Source of the DNA: Tolypothrix carrinoi HA7290-LM1
Lineage (GTDB): Bacteria > Cyanobacteriota > Cyanobacteriia > Cyanobacteriales > Nostocaceae
Length of the DNA stretch: 11,849 nt
Assembly (NCBI GenBank): GCA_019358935.1
Contig: JAHHIK010000168.1
Span: 1-11,849, forward strand
Reading direction: 5' to 3'
Below the pieces are notes generated by a model. That model worked only from the letters and a program-made list of their open reading frames with translations. It had not been told where the DNA came from and did not search any database. Of the stretch, positions 7,601 to 11,849 are shown one piece after another (the stretch's first letter is position 1; each line of letters starts with the position of its first letter). Made by a program: the position numbers and the translations under genes.

Positions 7601-8404
7601 GATAGTCGCGGGTCGAATGAGTTTAAAGGAGTGAGTACTTTAGCTAGTTTTGGTATTCCATATCAAAATATTGGTGATTTGTCAATGCTATTTTTAACTC
7701 TTAATAAGAATATCTTTACTTCAGGTGAAGATTTGCCACTCACAGATTCTCAAGAGTTTCAGGATTTCGTGCGCGATCGCACACAAGCGGAGATTATCCA
7801 AGCTATAGGAAGACTGCGAGCGGATAATCGTCCCCAAGAGCAGCTTTGCTTTTATTTTTGTGCTGATTATGACCTTAGTTTTTTAGAAATGAAAGTTGAA
7901 AAGATTAATGCAGGTGATATTACGATATCAGCTGCTTCTAAAGATGAGAAATCTTGGTGGAAGATTCAAAATGCCGTCAAAGAACTTTGGGAACAAGGAC
8001 GTAATATTACACAAGCTTCTGTAGAATCGATTTCTGGTATTACTCAAGGTTATATATCCAAAGTAGTGAGCAAATTTTCGGGAAATTGGAAGGACTGGCT
8101 AAAAATATTCCTATCGCTATTAAATACTTTTAATAGTAATCGGAATAATTATGATGAATCATCAGATGGATTGCGAGATGAAGCTCATTCTATCGGGTGT
8201 AATGTAATGCCACTTTTGGCAGATTATGATAATGCCGATTTTTTATCAGAGGTGTTTTCTTGGTACAGGGATTTAGATAATAAGTATTGGCAGTGGATTT
8301 TAGAAACAACTCCTGTACAAGTGCAAGGTAAAATCATAGTTGGCTTACTTTCGATGTTACCCAAGCCGTGGCATCAAGAGTTGATGGAATTGTGTTATGG
8401 GTGA
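4652..8404 (+). CDS. Large cyanobacterial plasmid replication protein (~1250 aa): Zn-ribbon, Toprim-type primase, SF2-like helicase/origin-binding region and C-terminal HTH
   Basis: N-terminal CPICGNHHGC...C. Toprim-like motifs VILCEGALKS, LMPDAG and DIDE. P-loop-like SPTGTFKS. Cys cluster C...CATCHLLEAC. Helicase-like motifs FWDE, YLDAT, RGSNEF and QAIGRLRA. HTH ITQASVESISGITQGYISKVV. ATG 4652 is preferred over GTG 4553, which overlaps the regulatory box. Confidence 0.85.
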   Translation: MKRQYTSKRNLCPICGNHHGCAIKEDGLIECLRSFSQQEAPPSYRFLALLRNDMGGLFAFDDGSNQMETPLYSQKQRHSVNVKVKERLSVEQRVDAERLVTERHRMNRLLLETTVTNLSTRHSSHLQERRQLTINEINWLCTHFWVRTWQPGIYAPNGVTAALPGISKEGKLLGMPGIAIAALDPDFHITGFQIATLRTDPKYIWLSSANQGGSGPQLPNGELPLFCWKHPDTKKVKVVILCEGALKSLLTALFLWRSGQTDIAVIGTASAARYGEKTLKNYLKRLRPKEIRLMPDAGAIANFHIAKANQETLQRCRQWGYRLTVGDWGQLDNKQHLDIDELLAASRQNEIKLITSAAYFCQCHTYSQIGQLLKLGSFHLLEDKLIELRPLPDSTQSLDLIRQYANCVERCRKGGYRIVVAWNSETITPEDFFALCPESIQQQLAQSEREWALLYNLKLWLRRMVERYRPKKGFGEPIQEVAQTTTTTNKAKNQTVVDENIQSTVNNQQSDFVKYKPGKLHRLRKFDSRKILFKKGQRLQVLLEAIAAGWKHILDKSPTGTFKSYDAGKAIPEVFGVRQLWYFTSQVRNITTESVEQNYVAMEVRNDGMVFQSTPGGKKYLRWPKKGETPDTSGNCHRTKVFAALRDKNIPSIEGVENPVCATCHLLEACRFKSGKGFGYRNLRAKVLKCDRIRAHPDSAPDPVDYDWTNCGNFWDEVMQTVQPIHAVTVELPDIDRVMAELMIYCPQVNVQLQPMWMVLRQCLTGEIQQPHYGWNDSAVRKMLGTPPDNLDEIIALATEFIHPDLESVLNTTSNYGVNLRDLPSGMRKRFGNKNFEVQEIIRQHVILNWFVPFLEVWSKQIQGALRIVHSQLIVTTRKSRHAEIAKASGWNIYLDATTTAEYLSWWMDINPEEVLTIEQEVPVHNNLQIIQVTGLGQVSKYRTLYCQNRVDALRQELLVRHPDIKFIDFVKCCKSSDGGWFRDSRGSNEFKGVSTLASFGIPYQNIGDLSMLFLTLNKNIFTSGEDLPLTDSQEFQDFVRDRTQAEIIQAIGRLRADNRPQEQLCFYFCADYDLSFLEMKVEKINAGDITISAASKDEKSWWKIQNAVKELWEQGRNITQASVESISGITQGYISKVVSKFSGNWKDWLKIFLSLLNTFNSNRNNYDESSDGLRDEAHSIGCNVMPLLADYDNADFLSEVFSWYRDLDNKYWQWILETTPVQVQGKIIVGLLSMLPKPWHQELMELCYG
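4929..4966. mobile_element. 30-nt in-frame mini-element inserted in a HIP1 site (SDR5-like)
   Basis: GCG|TAGACGCGGAGCGGCTTGTCACCGAGCGAC|ATCGC. Removing 4932-4961 restores GCGATCGC and converts QRVDAERLVTERHRM to QRDRM without a frameshift. Confidence 0.75.
8103..8150. repeat. Long imperfect AT-rich inverted repeat within the 3' part of the rep gene
   Basis: Core CTATTAAA-TACT-TTTAATAG at 8117-8136. Arms 8103-8124 and 8129-8150 pair at 18 of 22 positions (Watson-Crick). Confidence 0.7.
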
Positions 8405-8757
8405 TTTGAGCGCTCATTGCCGATGACCAAACTTTTTATTAAAAATCGCACTTATTCCAATTGGGGTTATATTCTGGCAAGACAGCGCGGACTTGCAACT
8501 TACTCACAGAACGAAAGCATTCAACAATTACACCTTGGCTGATGTCTGTTGTAATTTCCAGAACTGTAGAGGGTGCTGTTTTCTCACCAAATGGTGCTTT
8601 AATAATAGTAGCTTGGGAGCAAATGTATATATCCGCACAATCTTATTTAAATAAGCATTTGATGAAGATGGTTAAATCCAAAACAGAGGAAAAGTTAAAA
8701 CTCGTTGCTAAATAATTGTTGGCGCAAAAACCGAGATACCGAACTGGGCGAGTCCTT

Positions 8758-8873
8758 CCCAAGACTTATGTGGACAGCCTTCTCGATTCGGGGAGACGCG
8801 TTGCGCGTTCATCAAAGATAGTCGTGGGGGATCGATTCACTACAAAACAAGGCTGTCCAAAGACTGTCGTGGG
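8758..8873. repeat. Three related 16-25 bp boxes (one inverted, two direct); candidate recombinase or protein-binding site
   Basis: CAAAGATAGTCGTGGG (8813-8828) and CAAAGACTGTCGTGGG (8858-8873) match at 14/16. TGGACAGCCTT (8771-8781) is a perfect inverse of AAGGCTGTCCA (8849-8859), and the similarity extends imperfectly out to the CCCA at 8758. Confidence 0.6.
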
Positions 8874-8920
8874 TTGTTGCAGAGGTATAGTTACAGCTTT
8901 TAATGCCTATAATTCAAAGC

Positions 8921-8949
8921 AAAAAGCGCCCCCGATACATCAGGAGCGC
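8921..8949 (-). terminator. Rho-independent terminator, minus strand
   Basis: The minus strand reads GCGCTCCTGA-TGTA-TCGGGGGCGC-TTTTT: a 10-bp stem with two G-U pairs (so strand-specific), followed by a U-tract. Confidence 0.75.
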
Positions 8950-9011
8950 ATGAGTGTTATTTATTCAAGCTTGTCAAATCGGTATTAACCGTTGATGGCA
9001 GGTGCGCTTAA

Positions 9012-10452
9012 CTCATATCTTGCACCTGGAAATTTGAATGTTAATTCCTTGACTAAGTGCCATTTTTCTGAGGCGTTCAATATCTTGTAAAAAAAGTAAC
9101 ACTACCAAATGGGGAAATATAGTTTGGAGCGCAATTTCTGCTGCTTCTCCCCAATCAGGTAGGTCTTTAGGGGCGATCGCCATCGATAAATAAGCCCAGT
9201 GTGCCAAAACATAAGAAATAAGAGAAAGTACGAACCAACGGTAAACGCCTAAAAGTGTCCCCTGTCCAAAACGGTGCAACCCAAAACGGTGTTTTGCAGT
9301 TTTAAACCAGCCCACGAGAAAGCCATCTTCGTTTACCCCACCAAGAAATAGTACTGGCTTTGAGGGCTCTGGTAGAAATGACAAATCGTTTTTCATACTT
9401 GCCGTCGTGACGTTTAAAATAGTACCAAGAGATATAAACGGGAAACTTTAAGCCTTGAAGACGCAGTTGCTGCCCTCGTTTGTGTAGTTGAGCAACGCAG
9501 CGCCCATCGATTAACTTGCGGGTACGAGCAATGCCAGCAATTATGTGGTATTTGTCCTTTCGGACACCCTGTATAAATTGCACGCTACCAAAGCCTGTAT
9601 CTACAAGAACCATTACCTCCTTGAAGTGCTTGGTTAATTTTTTTGGCAAAGATTTGACCATTTTTAATCCCAACTTTGCAGGGGAGGCAGCGCCTTTTCC
9701 TCTCCAGACGCGGAAATTCCAAGGTACTCGCCACCGACCGACAACTAAATACACCACAACCAAGTGCAAACCTCGTTTTCCGTTATATACGCGGATTAGA
9801 TGTTCAAATACCTGAAATTTTCCAACTTTTTCCAAAGTTGTCAGGTCAATAATCACTTGTAGAAATGGTTGGCGTCCCAAAGTCCGCTCGGATAAAATCT
9901 CCGCGAGGGACACGGTTACGAGTAGTGCGAATCACACCCCTAGTTGACCAATCGTAGACATTAAGAAATCGGCTTAAGGCGCTAGGTGACTTACTTTTAC
10001 TGTGTTGAGGTAAAGGATGCCCTTGTGCATTCAAGAACAATCCCAACATTGCTTCAAGATTTTCTTGTTGGTAAACAGAGGGCATTAATGACAGCAGAGT
10101 GTACACTAAGTTTTGGGCGTGGGCAAGAATTGAAACCATTTTTCTTGCTTAATTCATATGTATTTCAACGCCCTTTTTCTCATGTTTTGGCACAATAATG
10201 CAAATAGGCATGACTTTGCATAGAAACCAAATTGGCATTACTCAATGATAATGATAATCGCTCAGGAGCGATTATTCGGGCACTTCTCCTATTTGACGAT
10301 CGCCTGTGCTGAGAGTCCTTTCCGTATTATCAACACTTACAAAGTTTTATATATAACTTTATATTGCGTAACCTCATTCTCGCGAATCGTGTTAGTTTGC
10401 TACACTCCTATTGGTGTATTAAGGGTTTATCCAGACAGGTGCAAGATATGAG
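9012..10452 (-). mobile_element. Insertion sequence, 1441 bp, DDE type (IS701-like / IS4 superfamily)
   Basis: Perfect 17-bp terminal inverted repeats CTCATATCTTGCACCTG (9012-9028) and CAGGTGCAAGATATGAG (10436-10452). Encloses a single transposase whose stop codon lies inside the TIR. Flanks are TTAA (left) and CTAT (right). The family assignment is less certain than the element boundaries. Confidence 0.9.
9013..10139 (-). pseudogene. Transposase, split into three frames by two +1 frameshifts
   Basis: Track ORFs 9846-10139, 9302-9913 and 9013-9396 join as MVSILAHAQ...TTRNRV/LAEILS...IIDLTTLEK...LVDTGFGS...KRRW/GWFKTAKHRFG...SRCKI*. There is an extra base in GGG 9907-9909 and another at ~9314-9323, where the expected catalytic Glu (W-x-I-E) is also absent. 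Confidence 0.9.
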
Positions 10453-10538
10453 CTATGACTTTAGGTTTGATGAGCAATTGAAGCATTCTCGTTTACACTA
10501 AAGACTTGTAAAATCTACAGCTTATACACAAACAATAA

Positions 10539-10607
10539 GGTGCTGGTGGTGTAATTCCTCCCAACGCAACACTGATTTTTGATGTTGAATTGCTGGGTGT
10601 CAAATAA
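10539..10607 (+). pseudogene. Orphan 3' end (22 codons plus stop) of an FKBP-type peptidyl-prolyl cis-trans isomerase gene
   Basis: Translates as GAGGVIPPNATLIFDVELLGVK*, the canonical FKBP C-terminus. It is immediately preceded by an in-frame TAA (10536-10538) and unrelated AT-rich DNA. Not in the ORF track. Confidence 0.9.
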
Positions 10608-10631
10608 TCATATATGCGCGATTACACCCAA

Positions 10632-10831
10632 CTACTCCACCATCACCACAAGTTCTTCCAGCAGTGCATCATTCACCTGCTGCAACTGTTGTGATGAATT
10701 CTCCATCACATTAAAAGCCTACTGTACTGTGTTTCTGACTTCTGCTGGTAGTGCTTCAAACTTGTCAGCATTGAGAATGACGATGCGGCAACCGTGGTAC
10801 GGCATGAAGTGGTATTGAGCCGAGATACGTG
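10632..10831 (-). pseudogene. C-terminal remnant of an unidentified gene interrupted by the group II intron
   Basis: The minus frame reads RISAQYHFMPYHGCRIVILNADKFEALPAEVRNTVQ*AFNVMENSSQQLQQVNDALLEELVVMVE*, protein-like on both sides of an internal TAG at 10719-10721. Upstream it runs into the antisense of the intron. Confidence 0.5.
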
Positions 10832-11185
10832 GTGCGATTCGTTCTGGAGAAACCCAGTTTCTGGGGGGATTCCAGGCTTTAGTAGAGTAACCCTTATTGG
10901 GTTGAGTTCGCACGCTTATTCCTCTACTGATGACAACTTGATATCCATGTAAGTGAAAAGACAACTGAGAAACCAATTCTTACTGCCCTAGTGCGGGGTT
11001 GAAAGCACATAAACTACCAACGATGGTAGCCCCTATGGAGGAGACTGACTGTTCATACCGTAAAGCGGGGACGAAAGCGGTTAATGGTGATAATTGCTGA
11101 AAGTACCAACCGCAAGCAAGAGTTCATGGGGAGAGCAAACTAAATGTCGTTGAGCCATCGTCATATCTCACCAAGGGATATAAGC
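10832..11185 (+). ncRNA. Group II intron, 5' part (domain I), probably cyanobacterial/chloroplast-like IIB; interrupted by IS4
   Basis: Starts with GTGCGATTCGTT (GUGYG consensus). Contains blocks recalled from cyanobacterial group II intron domain I (GCGGGGTTGAAAGCA, GTAAAGCGGGGACGAAAGCGG, CCGCAAGCAAG...AAATGTCGTT) and hairpins such as CTACCA-ACGA-TGGTAG. No RT ORF and no domains V/VI in the window. Confidence 0.8.
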
Positions 11186-11430
11186 CAATACGGTTCAGTT
11201 AAGGCTAAAAAGCTGATTAGTGATGTGAAATTTGGGAGCTTCGACACGTTGTCCAGTGCCTCTGTGTTTTGGCTTTTTAGAACGAAACTTTGATACAGGT
11301 TTTTTCACAACCCTAGGATTATTGCGGTGAACTCTTTCGGGTAACAACGAATCCAGAATCTCTAGGGTTAACCAATCGAAAAAAAGGGTAATTCTTCTGG
11401 CTCTTGGCGTTGAAACTTAGGAATAGCACT
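11186..11430 (-). mobile_element. IS4-family element, right end with transposase C-terminus
   Basis: TIR-like CAATACGGTTCAGTTAAG at 11186-11203. The minus strand encodes AIPKFQRQEPEELPFF/DWLTLEILDSLLPERVHRNNPRVVKKPVSKFRSKKPKHRG...SLN* (TGA 11195-11197, inside the TIR), with a -1 frame change at the T7 run (11379-11385). RxNPRVVK is typical of IS4 C-termini. Confidence 0.8.
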
Positions 11431-11434
11431 TTAA

Positions 11435-11723
11435 CCCTCTTTTGTCACTCTAGGCAGAGGAAAAATATAAATCAGGGTTTGTCAGTAGGGTAAAAATTGA
11501 ACTCGTGAGGTTATTGATAATGTTTTTAAGTTTAGAAAATCCCGCTGATAATTGAGGAATAGGAAAGACTGTTAACCAAGGTTTTATCAGGTTAAATAAT
11601 ACAAATGGTTGAATGATTAAACGGAGATTACTAAGAATATTATTCCACCCATTCCCATTATCCCACCAAAGATGTGTAGCAAATTGTGATTCAGATTGTG
11701 GTGGTAATTTAAGCAGTTGTTCC
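11435..11723 (-). mobile_element. IS701-family element, right end with transposase C-terminus (stop at 11450-11452)
   Basis: The minus strand encodes EQLLKLPPQSESQFATHLWWDNGNGWNNILSNLRLIIQPFVLFNLIKPWLTVFPIPQLS...YFSSA*. The end CCCTCTTTTGTCA (11435-11447) abuts TTAA (11431-11434), which fits the YTAR target preference of IS701. Confidence 0.8.
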
Positions 11724-11849
11724 GTAAGGATTCAGGTCAGGGGTATTGACAAGTGTGACATCTCAGGCGGAATATCACAATTATGGAAAAAGACCTGCCT
11801 GTGAAACTAGACCGTGAAACGCTTCTCCAGTTGGCTCCGGAAGAACTGG
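11724..11849 (+). mobile_element. IS66-family element, left end (continues beyond the window)
   Basis: Begins GTAAGGATTCAGG (IS66 ends start with GTAA) exactly where the IS701 transposase frame breaks, and is followed by a transposase-like start. Confidence 0.7.
11783..11849 (+). CDS. IS66-family transposase, N-terminus (partial)
   Basis: ATG 11783 gives MEKDLPVKLDRETLLQLAPEEL..., open to the window end. It resembles the start of single-ORF cyanobacterial IS66 transposases. Confidence 0.65.
   Translation, partial: MEKDLPVKLDRETLLQLAPEEL

Larger units (their letters stand above)
4148..9180. repeat. HIP1 octamers GCGATCGC (8 dispersed perfect copies)
   Basis: Copies start at 4148, 4162, 5186, 5546, 6284, 6720, 7773 and 9173. 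HIP1 is a cyanobacterial genomic signature. Confidence 0.95.

Noticed and set aside
8461..8988. ORFs 8461-8715 (AVFSPNG, faintly WD40-like) and 8716-8988
   Set aside because: TTG starts and no convincing domain. The second overlaps the repeat boxes and terminator. A decayed WD40 fragment is possible but cannot be supported by eye.
9516..10451. ORFs 9516-9815, 9986-10198 and 10245-10451 (+)
   Set aside because: Antisense or non-coding IS sequence. The RCKI* ending of 10245-10451 merely reflects the TIR.
10579..10976. ORFs 10579-10818(+) and 10719-10976(-) as intact genes
   Set aside because: The first is antisense to the remnant gene. The second is a chimera of antisense intron sequence and the remnant frame.
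11746..11778. TTGACA as the -35 box of the IS66 promoter
   Set aside because: No good -10 hexamer at 16-18 bp spacing.
11613..11804. 63-aa plus-strand ORF
   Set aside because: It spans the IS701 antisense strand and the IS66 end, so it is a junction artefact.

Overview
Filamentous-cyanobacterial (Nostocales-like) plasmid or integrated-plasmid DNA, with eight perfect HIP1 octamers (GCGATCGC). Bases 1-8950 form an apparent replication/maintenance module. It contains an XRE-HTH regulator (-) divergent from a 330-aa DNA-binding protein that carries an internal perfect palindrome, a ~522-aa putative initiator-like protein with a C-terminal HTH, an origin-like intergenic region (21-bp iteron-like repeats, GTACTCA boxes, 3xGATC), and a ~1250-aa Zn-ribbon/Toprim-primase/helicase-like replication protein. 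That large gene carries a 30-nt in-frame mini-insertion in a split HIP1 site, a duplicated Toprim tail, a non-canonical Walker A and an internal inverted repeat. Bases 9012-11849 are mobile-element debris: a doubly frameshifted IS with perfect 17-bp TIRs but no target duplication, an orphan 3' end of an FKBP-type PPIase gene (possible att site), and a nested series in which a group II intron 5' part is interrupted by IS4, IS4 by IS701, and IS701 by IS66. All family assignments are by eye from recalled motifs; no database searches were run.
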